Positions 18,675-27,607 of a stretch of DNA of 64,000 nt are shown one piece after another. Within the stretch, counting starts at the first letter, position 1. The number at the start of each line of letters is the position of its first letter. Source of the stretch: Dehalococcoidia bacterium (lineage in GTDB: Bacteria > Chloroflexota > Dehalococcoidia > Bin125); contig OY820591.1 in the NCBI GenBank assembly GCA_963555985.3, positions 384,001 to 448,000 on the forward strand. Reading direction: 5' to 3'. The translations under genes were made by a program, and so were the position numbers. The notes under the pieces were generated by a model that saw nothing but the letters and a program-made list of their open reading frames with translations, was not told the DNA's origin and ran no database searches.

Positions 18675-19628
18675 GTGAGCGTGCTCCGCCCCGCCCTCGC
18701 CGACTCCGTGCTCGACCTGATCGGCGCGACCCCGATGGTGCGCCTGCACCGGGTCGTGCCCGAAGACTGCGCCGAGATCGTGGCCAAGCTCGAATCGCTC
18801 AACCCGGGCGGCTCGGTCAAAGACCGGATCGCCCGCTCGATGATCGAGGACGCCGAGTGCCAAGGCGCGCTCAAGCCGGGCGACACGATCGTCGAACCGA
18901 CCAGCGGCAATACCGGCGTCGGACTCGCGCTTGTGGCTGCGGTCAAGGGCTACCGCCTGGTCCTGACCATGCCCGAGGACATGTCGCACGAGCGCCGCCG
19001 TCTGCTCCAACGCTTCGGCGCGGAGGTCGTGCTCACACCCGCGATCGAAGGCATGACCGGCGCGGTCTTCGCTGCCGAAGAGCTCGCCTCCGCCCCGCGT
19101 CATTTCATGCCCCAGCAGTTCGCCAACCCCGCCAACCCGGAGATTCACCGCCGCACCACCGCCCTCGAAATCTGGGCTGCGCTCGAACCGCAATTGATGC
19201 CCGACGGCGAGCGCCTGCACGCCTTCGTCACCGGCGTCGGTACCGGCGGCACGATCACCGGCGTGGGCGAATGGCTGCGCGAACGCCAGCCCGACCTCGC
19301 GATCACCGCTGTTGAGCCGCAGCGCTCGCCTGTCTTGCAAGGCGGACGCTTCGCCGTTCACGCGATCCAGGGGATCGGCGCGTCCTTCGTGCCGGGCGTG
19401 CTCAACCGCGAGATTTACGACGATGTGATCGGCGTCTCCGACGCCGACGCTGAAGCGATGACCGCCAGGCTCACGCGCGAAGAGGGCATCCTCTGCGGCA
19501 TCTCCTCCGGCGCAAACGTCCACGCCGCCCTGACCGTCGCCCAGCGCCTCGGACCCGGCCATCGCGTCGTCACCACCATCTGCGACACCGGCGAGCGCTA
19601 TCTCAGCCTGCCCCTCGGAGACAGCTAG
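18675..19628 (+). CDS. cysK: Cysteine synthase A
   Basis: [39 protein letters not shown]. Confidence 0.93.
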   Translation: MSVLRPALADSVLDLIGATPMVRLHRVVPEDCAEIVAKLESLNPGGSVKDRIARSMIEDAECQGALKPGDTIVEPTSGNTGVGLALVAAVKGYRLVLTMPEDMSHERRRLLQRFGAEVVLTPAIEGMTGAVFAAEELASAPRHFMPQQFANPANPEIHRRTTALEIWAALEPQLMPDGERLHAFVTGVGTGGTITGVGEWLRERQPDLAITAVEPQRSPVLQGGRFAVHAIQGIGASFVPGVLNREIYDDVIGVSDADAEAMTARLTREEGILCGISSGANVHAALTVAQRLGPGHRVVTTICDTGERYLSLPLGDS

Positions 19629-19699
19629 ACGACAAACTCGAACAAGGCCGAACAGAACCGAACGCGGCCGCACAGCCCGCACACCACAAGGAGCTCCAC

Positions 19700-20803
19700 A
19701 TGAGCGTCAAGGTCTACATCCCGACACCGTTCCGCAAGATCACCGGCAACCGCATCTTCGTCGACGCCGATGGGATCGACGTCAACGGCGTCCTGCGCGA
19801 CCTCGAACAGCGTTTCCCCGGTTTTGGCGAGATGGTCTTCGACGGCGAACAGGAACTGTTCGAGCACGTCAACGTCTACGTCAACAACCAAGAGATCCAC
19901 TCGCTCGAAGGCGCAAGCACGCCCGTCTCCGACGGCGACGAAGTCGCGGTAATTCCCGCCATCGCCGGCGGCGCGGCGATGACCCCCGAGCAGGTCGAGC
20001 GCTACTCGCGCCACCTGATCATGGACCAGGTCGGCCCGCTCGGACAGCGCAAGCTGATCGACGGCAAGGTGTTGGCGGTCGGCGCAGGCGGACTCGGTTC
20101 GCCGGTGCTCGTCTATCTCGCCGCCGCCGGCATCGGCACGATCGGGATCGTCGACTTCGATGTGGTCGATCGCTCCAATCTCCAGCGCCAGATCATCCAC
20201 GGCACCTCCGACATCGGCCGCCCCAAAGTCGAATCCGCCCGCGACCGCATCCACGACATGAACCCCAACGTCACGGTCGTCAGCCACACCGAGCCGCTCA
20301 CGTCCGAAAACGCGATGGAGATCATTCCCGAGTACGACGTGATCATCAACGGGGCCGACAACTTCGCCACCCGCTACCTCGTCAACGACGCCGCCTTCCT
20401 CTCCGAGAAGATCCTGGTCGACGGCTCGATCTTCCTCTTCGAGGGTCAGGTCACGACCTTCTATCCGGGCGAGGGCTGCTACCGCTGCCTCTATCCGTCG
20501 CCGCCGCCTCCGGGCATGGTGCCGAGCTGTGCGGAAGCCGGTGTGTTGGGCGTGCTGCCGGGGACGGTCGGCGCGATCCAGGCGACCGAAGCGATCAAGG
20601 TGCTGCTGGAGCTGGGCGAGCCGCTCAAGAACCGGCTGCTGCTCTATGACGCGCTGGCGATGGACTTCCGCACCGTCAAGATTCGCCGCGACCCCGCCTG
20701 CCCGCTCTGCGGCGACGCCCCCAGCGTCATCGAACTCATCGACTACGAAGAGTTCTGCGGCTCTCCCTTCCACGAGGGCCCCGCAGTCGCCGCCGGAGGC
20801 TAG
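19700..20803 (+). CDS. moeB: MoaD/ThiS ubiquitin-like domain fused to MoeB/ThiF E1-like adenylyltransferase
   Basis: Ubl ending IPAIAGG, then ERYSRH, GAGGLGS, SNLQRQ, CYRC, CPLC; no rhodanese domain. Confidence 0.92.
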   Translation: MSVKVYIPTPFRKITGNRIFVDADGIDVNGVLRDLEQRFPGFGEMVFDGEQELFEHVNVYVNNQEIHSLEGASTPVSDGDEVAVIPAIAGGAAMTPEQVERYSRHLIMDQVGPLGQRKLIDGKVLAVGAGGLGSPVLVYLAAAGIGTIGIVDFDVVDRSNLQRQIIHGTSDIGRPKVESARDRIHDMNPNVTVVSHTEPLTSENAMEIIPEYDVIINGADNFATRYLVNDAAFLSEKILVDGSIFLFEGQVTTFYPGEGCYRCLYPSPPPPGMVPSCAEAGVLGVLPGTVGAIQATEAIKVLLELGEPLKNRLLLYDALAMDFRTVKIRRDPACPLCGDAPSVIELIDYEEFCGSPFHEGPAVAAGG

Positions 20804-20811
20804 GCAAGGAA

Positions 20812-20865
20812 CCCTCTCCCCCCGCACCGCGGGGGGAGATGTCGCGCAGCGACAGAGGGGGTCCG
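20812..20865 (+). repeat. REP-like family A, copy 2
   Basis: CCCTCTCCCCCCGCACCGCGGGGGGAGATGTCGCGCAGCGACAGAGGGGGTCCG. Confidence 0.9.
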
Positions 20866-20947
20866 GTCACCGACCGCAGTCCTCAAACCGCCGAGGTGAC
20901 CCCGGACGCAAGCGACACAAAACAAAAAGAGCGAGAGGATCCACCGC

Positions 20948-21247
20948 ATGGCAGTCGAAGTCCGAGTCCCTTCCATGCTGCAAAAGTTCACCGACGGCGA
21001 GAAGCTCGTCCAAGTCGAGTCTGAGAGCGTCGGTCAACTGCTCCACTCGCTCGAAGCCAACTACCCGGGCATCGGTCATCAGCTGCTCGAAGACGGCCAA
21101 CTGCGGCGCTTCGTCAACATCTACCTCAACGACGAAGACATCCGCTTCCTCGACGGCATGGACACCTCACTCGCCGACGGCGACGTGCTCGCGATCCTGC
21201 CGGCCCTCGCCGGAGGCGATCACAGTAATCCGGGGGGAGCCCGCTAG
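20948..21247 (+). CDS. MoaD/CysO-like sulfur carrier with C-terminal extension
   Basis: LRRFVNIYLNDEDIRF...ILPALAGG followed by DHSNPGGAR. Confidence 0.9.
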   Translation: MAVEVRVPSMLQKFTDGEKLVQVESESVGQLLHSLEANYPGIGHQLLEDGQLRRFVNIYLNDEDIRFLDGMDTSLADGDVLAILPALAGGDHSNPGGAR

Positions 21248-22206
21248 TGGTCACCGCCGCGCCCGTTCGCTATCAGTCGCTGCTCGACACCATCGGCGAT
21301 ACACCCCTGGTTCGGCTCCAGCGGATGTCGCCCAGCCCCGACGTCTCGATCTGGGTCAAGCTCGAAGGCCAGAACCCCACCGGCTCGGTCAAGGACCGGA
21401 TCGCCAAAGCAATGATCGACGCGGCTCACGCCGATGGCTCGCTCCAACCGGGGCAGACGATCCTCGAACCGACCAGCGGCAACACCGGACTCGCCATCGC
21501 CCTGATCGGACGCCTTTCCGGTCACCCCGTGCGCTGTGTGATGCCGGAGTCAGTCTCAGTCGAGCGCCGCGACCTGCTCCGGTTCTTCGGCGCAGAGGTG
21601 ATCCTCTCCCCCGGCGAGACCGGTTCCAACGGCGCGGTGCGCATGGCTAAGGAGATCTACGCCCAGGATCCCTCGGTCTTCATGCCGATGCAGTACGAAA
21701 ACGCCGCCAACCCCGGCGCGCACTACGAGACCACCGGCCCCGAAATCCTGCGCGACTGCCCCGAACTCACCCACTTCGTCGCCGGCCTCGGCACCGGCGG
21801 CACCCTCACCGGCGTGGGCCGCTACCTCAAGGAGCAGCGCCCCGACGTGCGCATCGTCGCCGCCGCCCCGCACCCAGGCGATCTCGTGCAGGGCCTGCGC
21901 TCGCTCGACGAGGGCTACATCCCCCCCGTGCTGGACGAGTCGGTACTGGACGCGCGGATCATGGTCGACAGCCGCACTTCGTTTGCAGTCGTCAAGCAGC
22001 TGCTGGAGGACGAGGGCATCTTCGCCGGCATCAGCTGCGGCGCCGCCGTCCGCGCCGCCCTGCGCATGGCCGAACGCCTGGAGTCGGGACACATCGTCGT
22101 GCTCCTGGCGGACGGCGGTTGGAAATACCTCAGCACCGGTCTCTGGAGCCGCGACTACGAGGACATCGCCGGAGACGAAGAGATCGAAGGCAAAATCTGG
22201 TGGTAA
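21247..22206 (+). CDS. cysM: CysM-type (sulfur-carrier-dependent) cysteine synthase
   Basis: NPTGSVKDR, GLRSLDEGYIP, ADGGWKYLSTG, C-terminal EGKIWW similar to actinobacterial CysM. Confidence 0.85.
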   Translation: MVTAAPVRYQSLLDTIGDTPLVRLQRMSPSPDVSIWVKLEGQNPTGSVKDRIAKAMIDAAHADGSLQPGQTILEPTSGNTGLAIALIGRLSGHPVRCVMPESVSVERRDLLRFFGAEVILSPGETGSNGAVRMAKEIYAQDPSVFMPMQYENAANPGAHYETTGPEILRDCPELTHFVAGLGTGGTLTGVGRYLKEQRPDVRIVAAAPHPGDLVQGLRSLDEGYIPPVLDESVLDARIMVDSRTSFAVVKQLLEDEGIFAGISCGAAVRAALRMAERLESGHIVVLLADGGWKYLSTGLWSRDYEDIAGDEEIEGKIWW

Positions 22207-22242
22207 CCCGCACTTCGTTCCTGGAGGCAGTACCGGGCTATT

Positions 22243-22263
22243 CCCTCTCCCAGAGGAAGAGGG
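22243..22263. repeat. Short hairpin CCCTCTCCCAGAGGAAGAGGG
   Basis: Imperfect inverted repeat related to the family A core. Confidence 0.5.
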
Positions 22264-22315
22264 GACCAAATCTTGACCTCACTCACACCCACAGTCCCCA
22301 GAAAGGACACCCCCA

Positions 22316-23161
22316 ATGGCCGAATACGCACACCCCGAAAAGCTGGTCTCGACCGATTGGGTCGCCGATAACCTCGACGACCCTGGCGTCGTCCTAATCG
22401 AGGTCGACGTCGACACCTCCGCCTACGACGAGGGCCACCCGCCCGGCGCAGTCGCCTGGAACTGGACTTCGCAGCTCCAGGATCAGGTCACCCGCGACGT
22501 CGCTTCGCGCGAGACCGTCGCCGAACTGCTCCAGCGCGCCGGCGCGAGCGACGACTCCCAGATCGTCCTCTTCGGCGACAACAACAACTGGTTCGCCGCC
22601 TACGCGCTCTGGATGCTCGAGCTCTACGGCGTCACCAACACCGCCCTGATGAACGGCGGCCGCGCCAAGTGGGAGGCTGAGGGTCGCGAAATGACGACCG
22701 ACGCCCCCTCGCCGCTGGCCGGCAGCATCGCCGTCGCCGAGCGCGACGAGACCCTCCGCGCTCGGATCACCGATGTGCTCGCTCACGTCGAGGCCGGCGG
22801 TCAACTGGTCGACGTCCGCTCCCCGGACGAGTTCAACGGCGTAATCATGGCTCCGCCGGGTCTGCCCGAGACCGCTCAGCGCAAGGGCCACGTGCCGGGT
22901 GCCTCGAACATCCCCTGGGTCACGGCGGTGGCCGAAGACGGCACCTTCAAGTCCGCCGACGAACTCAGCGAGATCTACCAGTCCAGAGGCATCACCGGCG
23001 ACGAACCCGTGATCGCCTACTGCCGCATCGGTGAGCGCTCCAGCCACAGCTGGTTCGCCCTCCGCTACCTCCTGGGGATCGACAACACGACCAACTACGA
23101 CGGCAGCTGGACCGAATACGGTTCGGTCGTGGGCGTGCCGATCAGCAACCCCAGCGCCTAG
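22316..23161 (+). CDS. Tandem-domain rhodanese / thiosulfate sulfurtransferase
   Basis: YAHPE, DNNNWFAAY, YCRIGERSS, YDGSWTEYG. Confidence 0.93.
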   Translation: MAEYAHPEKLVSTDWVADNLDDPGVVLIEVDVDTSAYDEGHPPGAVAWNWTSQLQDQVTRDVASRETVAELLQRAGASDDSQIVLFGDNNNWFAAYALWMLELYGVTNTALMNGGRAKWEAEGREMTTDAPSPLAGSIAVAERDETLRARITDVLAHVEAGGQLVDVRSPDEFNGVIMAPPGLPETAQRKGHVPGASNIPWVTAVAEDGTFKSADELSEIYQSRGITGDEPVIAYCRIGERSSHSWFALRYLLGIDNTTNYDGSWTEYGSVVGVPISNPSA

Positions 23162-23171
23162 GAAAATCCCT

Positions 23172-23245
23172 CCTCTCCCCCCGCACTGCGGGGGGAGATG
23201 CCGAAAGCCTGCCCCAGGCCTGAACTGGGGGCAGAGGGGGGTCCG
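23172..23245 (+). repeat. REP-like family A, copy 3, with nested insert
   Basis: Family A arms with AGCCTGCCCCAGGCCTGAACTGGG in the second loop. Confidence 0.85.
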
Positions 23246-23266
23246 ACCCGAAGCCGTAAACGACCC

Positions 23267-23647
23267 ATGAGCCAAGACCGAGTCTGGCGTCGAACCGTCG
23301 CCCGCGCGCTGAGCGCGAGCGATCCGGCGGCGTTGCCCATCTTCTTCCACGCCGCCGTCCTGAGCGACTACATCGAACGCGGCGCGAGAGTCTTGCGCAG
23401 CGACTCGGTCGGACGCCTGATCCAGCCCGGACGGGCGGTGGTCGATTTCGGCATCGTCGCAGAGACCCAAATCCACCTCCGCTGGGGAGATTTCCTCAAC
23501 CTCATCCCCGAAGCCGAGCGCGCCCACTGGCTCGATCATCTCGCGCCCCCGGATGCGAGCCGGGTCTATCTGCAAATGACCTTGCAGCCGGGCGCCTGCC
23601 ACGACGACGGCCCCCTCCGCGACTGGACTCTCGAGGCGTCCGCTTGA
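23267..23647 (+). CDS. Hypothetical protein
   Basis: ATG 23267; 126 aa; overlaps next start; C-terminal PGACHDDG. Confidence 0.7.
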   Translation: MSQDRVWRRTVARALSASDPAALPIFFHAAVLSDYIERGARVLRSDSVGRLIQPGRAVVDFGIVAETQIHLRWGDFLNLIPEAERAHWLDHLAPPDASRVYLQMTLQPGACHDDGPLRDWTLEASA

Positions 23648-24246
23648 CTGAGTTTCCGAAGCTGCCCGACGACCAGTACGCGATCATCTACGCCGATCCG
23701 CCCTGGGACTACAAGGGACAGCTCCAACACGCCGGCCCGGGCAGCGGCGACACCGGCGGCGCAGTGCGCCACTACGACACGGTGAAGCTCTCTGACCTCA
23801 AACAACTCGATGTCGCCCGGATCGCCGCCGCCGACGCGCTGCTCTTCCTCTGGGCCACATCGCCCCACCTCGATCAGGCGATTGAACTGGGCAAAGCCTG
23901 GGGATTTCAGTGGGCGACGGTCGCGTTCGTCTGGGACAAGCAGCGAGTCAACCCGGGCCACTACACGCTCTCGCAGTGCGAACTCTGCCTCGTCTTCAAG
24001 CGCGGGCGGATACCAACTCCGCGCGGCAGCCGCAGCGTCCGCCAGTTGGTGTCCGTCGAGCGCGGACGCCACTCGCAGAAACCCGAGGAAGTCAGGCGTA
24101 GAATCGACGCCATGTTCCCCGCACAGCGCAAGCTCGAACTCTTCGCCCGGCCGAACACCGCACTCCCCGACGGCTGGGACACCTGGGGCGAAGAGCTTCC
24201 ACACCCACAGACCGAGCGCACGTTCTGGCAGGCTGCCTCGCCATGA
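23644..24246 (+). CDS. MT-A70 family adenine methyltransferase
   Basis: IIYADPPW, LFLWAT, AWGF, WDK, HSQKPEE, LELFAR, GWDTWG. Confidence 0.92.
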   Translation: MTEFPKLPDDQYAIIYADPPWDYKGQLQHAGPGSGDTGGAVRHYDTVKLSDLKQLDVARIAAADALLFLWATSPHLDQAIELGKAWGFQWATVAFVWDKQRVNPGHYTLSQCELCLVFKRGRIPTPRGSRSVRQLVSVERGRHSQKPEEVRRRIDAMFPAQRKLELFARPNTALPDGWDTWGEELPHPQTERTFWQAASP

Positions 24247-24752
24247 CCCTCGAATTACCCCAGTCCCTGATCGACGAGATGGTCGCGCACGCCCGCGACG
24301 ACCTGCCCAACGAGTGCTGCGGCGTGATCTCCCGCGACGCCGACGGGACGCTCAGCCTCTACCGCGCCACCAACTCCGAAGCCTCGCCCTGGCGCTTCAA
24401 CATTCCCCCGCAACAACTCCTGCACCTCTACAACGCCATCGACGCCGCCGACGGCGATCTGCTCGTGATCTACCACTCCCACGTCGCCTCCGAAGCGCGA
24501 CCCTCCCCAACCGACCTCAACATCGCGCGTCTGCACAAGGGCGGGCAGGAGTGGCCCTACTGGGTGCTAGTCTCACTCGCCTACGACCCGCCCCACGTTC
24601 GCGCTTGGCGAATCGACGACGGCGAGCAACCCGATACGGTCGCGCCTGCCGAGATCGATCTCACTGTCTCCAACGACGATGGCGCGCGCCGGCTGCGACT
24701 CGAGCTGATCGAAGTCGATGGTCGCCCGCGCGTCCGCGAAACCGCCCTCTAA
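24243..24752 (+). CDS. JAB/M67 metallopeptidase (Mec-like)
   Basis: PNECCG, YHSH, PSPTD JAMM motif. Confidence 0.92.
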   Translation: MTLELPQSLIDEMVAHARDDLPNECCGVISRDADGTLSLYRATNSEASPWRFNIPPQQLLHLYNAIDAADGDLLVIYHSHVASEARPSPTDLNIARLHKGGQEWPYWVLVSLAYDPPHVRAWRIDDGEQPDTVAPAEIDLTVSNDDGARRLRLELIEVDGRPRVRETAL

Positions 24753-24756
24753 CACC

Positions 24757-25566
24757 ATGACGGCCCCACTCTTCACCTGGGGCGAGCGCACCTGGATCGT
24801 CGGCATCCTCAATCTCTCGCCCGATTCCTTCAGCGGCGACGGTCTCAGTGATCCCGATGCGGCGCTCGCTCGCGCCACGCAGATGCTCCGCGACGGCGCC
24901 GACGCGCTCGACATCGGCGGTGAATCGACCCGTCCCGGGTTCACCCCGATCAGCGCCGAGGAAGAGCTGCGGCGCATCGTTCCGGCGATCGCCCGCATCG
25001 CCCGCGAACTCCCCCGCCTGCCTCTGAGCATCGACACCACCAAACCCGAGGTTGCCAAAGCCGCCTTCGACTCCGGCGCGAGCATCCTGAACGATATCCA
25101 CGGACTGCGAGGCGATCCGGCCCTGGCCGTAGTCGCATCCAACTACCGCGCAACCGTGATTGCGATGCATAACCAGCGCGGCCGCCCGCTTGCCGACGAT
25201 CCCGTCTGCGCCGCGCTTGACGGATTCCGAACCTCGCTCTGCATCGCGGCCGAAGCGGGCATCGCCGAAGAGCGGATCATCCTCGATCCGGGCTTCGGCT
25301 TCGCCTGGACGTTGCGCGAAAACGCGGCCATCCTCCGCCGCCTGCGCGAACTGCGCGTGCTGGGCCGACCGATCTTGGTAGGGATGTCGCGCAAGCGCAT
25401 GACCGGCGCCCAGCATGGCTGGGGCGTTGAGCGGCGGCTCGAAGGATCAGCTGCTGCGACTGCAATCGCGATCGCCAACGGCGCAGATCTCGTGCGCGTC
25501 CACGATGTCGCCGAGATGTCGCGGGTCGCGCGGATCACCGACGACATTATCCGGAGCGGCGCATGA
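24757..25566 (+). CDS. folP: Dihydropteroate synthase
   Basis: GILNLSPDSFSGDG, GGESTRPG, DPGFGF, SRK, VRVHDV. Confidence 0.95.
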   Translation: MTAPLFTWGERTWIVGILNLSPDSFSGDGLSDPDAALARATQMLRDGADALDIGGESTRPGFTPISAEEELRRIVPAIARIARELPRLPLSIDTTKPEVAKAAFDSGASILNDIHGLRGDPALAVVASNYRATVIAMHNQRGRPLADDPVCAALDGFRTSLCIAAEAGIAEERIILDPGFGFAWTLRENAAILRRLRELRVLGRPILVGMSRKRMTGAQHGWGVERRLEGSAAATAIAIANGADLVRVHDVAEMSRVARITDDIIRSGA

Positions 25567-26084
25567 CTGCCCCCGAAGCAGTGGCCGTCTTCCTCGGCCT
25601 GGGCGGTAATCTCGGCGACCGCCGCGCCAACCTCCGCGCCGCCGTGCGAGAACTGCGCGCACTCTTGGACGACCTGCGAGTCTCCGCGCTCTACGAAACC
25701 GCGCCCTGGGGCGACACCGACCAGCCCGCATTCCTCAACGCCGTCGCGCGCGGCCTCACGACACGCGCACCCCTCGATCTGCTGGACGCCACCCAGGAGA
25801 TCGAGCGCCAACTCGGACGCCAACGCAACAAGCGGCGCTGGGGCCCTCGACCAATCGACATCGACGTCCTGCTCTACGGTCAGCAGATCATCACTCACCC
25901 ACGCCTAATCGTTCCCCATCAGCACATGCAAGAGCGCGGTTTCGTACTCCGCCCGCTCGCCGATCTCGCCCCCGGTCGAACCTTGCCCAACGGCGCGCTG
26001 GTGGGAGAGTTGCTGACGATCGTCAACACCGACGACGTGCGCCGGATCGAGGGCCCGCAGTGGGCCGACGGCGACAATTGCTGA
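25563..26084 (+). CDS. folK: HPPK
   Basis: GLGGNLG, QPAFLN, WGPRPIDIDVL, PH...RGFVL.PL. Confidence 0.95.
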   Translation: MTAPEAVAVFLGLGGNLGDRRANLRAAVRELRALLDDLRVSALYETAPWGDTDQPAFLNAVARGLTTRAPLDLLDATQEIERQLGRQRNKRRWGPRPIDIDVLLYGQQIITHPRLIVPHQHMQERGFVLRPLADLAPGRTLPNGALVGELLTIVNTDDVRRIEGPQWADGDNC

Positions 26085-26093
26085 ACCAGACCT

Positions 26094-26324
26094 CTAGATA
26101 TCGTCCAACGGCTCCGGCGCGAACTCCAGACCCTCCAGATCGTCCTCCATCTCCGCCACTGTCCAGCCCGTCCAGAAGATCAAGCCTGTGATCGCCAGCA
26201 TCAACACCGCCGCCGGCAACGCCACCGCCGCATAGCTCTGCCGCCGCAAACCGAGCGCAAACCAGAGCGCCTGCAACAGCGCCAAACCCATCAAGACCAA
26301 ACCGGTCAGCCGTGTCCGCTCCAT
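26094..26324 (-). CDS. Small two-TM membrane protein
   Basis: Two hydrophobic helices plus acidic tail; start uncertain (26324 or 26336). Confidence 0.6.
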   Translation of the reverse strand: MERTRLTGLVLMGLALLQALWFALGLRRQSYAAVALPAAVLMLAITGLIFWTGWTVAEMEDDLEGLEFAPEPLDDI

Positions 26325-26362
26325 GCCCACGAGCATATCCGCCGCGTTGATAGACTCGCCCC

Positions 26363-27061
26363 ATGTCCGACGCCGCCACCGATCCCGCCCCCGAAGCGCT
26401 GCGCGAGACCGCCGAAGCGACTGAGCATCCGGCCCAAGAACGCAGCTTCGAGCCGCGCACGGCGGTTGCCGAACCACTCGCTCCACGCTCACTCTTCCTA
26501 CACCGCCGCGTCGTTCGGATCAGCCCCGAGCGGATTGAGATCCGGCCTCCGCGTTCCGCAGTCGTGTTTCCCACGATCGGCGTGGCGGTCACGGCTGGAC
26601 TGCTCGCCCTGCTCGGTACCTCGGTCGATTCGTTGCCCTTCTGGACCCTGCCCCTGCTCCTGCTGGTCGCCGTGCTGCTCTTGCCGCTTTCGGGAATCTC
26701 CCTCGTCTACGCCCTCATGGGGGCGCAGATCGTCGCTGACAAGGGCGGACAGAATGTCTCGCTCAAGCAGCGTTTTCTCGGTCTCGGAATCGGCACCAAC
26801 GAACTGATTCCCTTCTGGAAAATCCGCGAACTGCTGGTGGAGGATGAAGGCCGCGCTGTTGCCCGTGCGACGGGCGAGCTTCCCCGCGAAGAGATCGCCC
26901 AGTGGCAGCTGGTGCTGGTCAAGAAGAGCGGTACCCGGCACGTGCTGGGGCAAGTCAGCGTTCCGCGCGAACACGAGGAAGACGGCCTCGATCAGATCTT
27001 CGAGGTCGCTGACGCCTTCGCCGCACTCACCGGCGCAGAGATTCGAGGTCCGATCTGGTGA
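26363..27061 (+). CDS. Hypothetical membrane protein (2 TM + soluble domain)
   Basis: Long ORF coupled to next gene by GTGA overlap. Confidence 0.7.
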   Translation: MSDAATDPAPEALRETAEATEHPAQERSFEPRTAVAEPLAPRSLFLHRRVVRISPERIEIRPPRSAVVFPTIGVAVTAGLLALLGTSVDSLPFWTLPLLLLVAVLLLPLSGISLVYALMGAQIVADKGGQNVSLKQRFLGLGIGTNELIPFWKIRELLVEDEGRAVARATGELPREEIAQWQLVLVKKSGTRHVLGQVSVPREHEEDGLDQIFEVADAFAALTGAEIRGPIW

Positions 27062-27510
27062 CTGAGCACAATGAAGCAACCGCTTGGCAAGTCCAAATCG
27101 ACGCCGACGCCCGCGCCGCACTGGACAAGATGGGCACGATCGCCGTGATCGGCCTCTCCCCAAGACCGGAACGCGACTCGCACCGCGTCTCCGCCTACAT
27201 GCAACAGCACGGCTACCGCATCATCCCCGTCAACCCCGCCGCCGTCGGTACGGAAATCCTGGGAGAGACGGTCTACGCCGCGCTCGAAGACATCCCCCAC
27301 GAGTTCGACACTGTCAACGTCTTCCGCCGCTCGCATCAAACTGACGAGCCAATTGACGACGCCATCGCCGCCCGCGCGCAGGGAGTGCGCCAGGTCTGGC
27401 TCCAACTCGGCATCGTCAACCCGGACGGTCTCCGCCGCGCCCGCGCCGCCGGTCTGCGCGCGATTGAGGATCGCTGTCTGATGGTGGAGCATCGGCGGCT
27501 CGCTCAATAA
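27058..27510 (+). CDS. CoA-binding protein (YccU-like)
   Basis: IAVIGLS, GYRIIPVNP, VFRRS, VWLQLG, DRC. Confidence 0.9.
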   Translation: MTEHNEATAWQVQIDADARAALDKMGTIAVIGLSPRPERDSHRVSAYMQQHGYRIIPVNPAAVGTEILGETVYAALEDIPHEFDTVNVFRRSHQTDEPIDDAIAARAQGVRQVWLQLGIVNPDGLRRARAAGLRAIEDRCLMVEHRRLAQ

Positions 27511-27607
27511 CCTGCTCCGCCTATGTCAGCCTGCGCCGCGTTGGTATCAGCGCCCTGGCTGCGCTACATTGCAGTCCCAGTAATCCCGCCTGTTCGTCGA
27601 GGGGGGG

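Noticed and set aside
17262-19682. 806-aa minus-strand ORF as a cysH fusion
   Set aside because: Upstream part is the antisense of the Rrf2 gene and cysK; cysH starts at 18020
27511-27607. Purine/PRPP riboswitch before purF
   Set aside because: Short region without recognisable consensus
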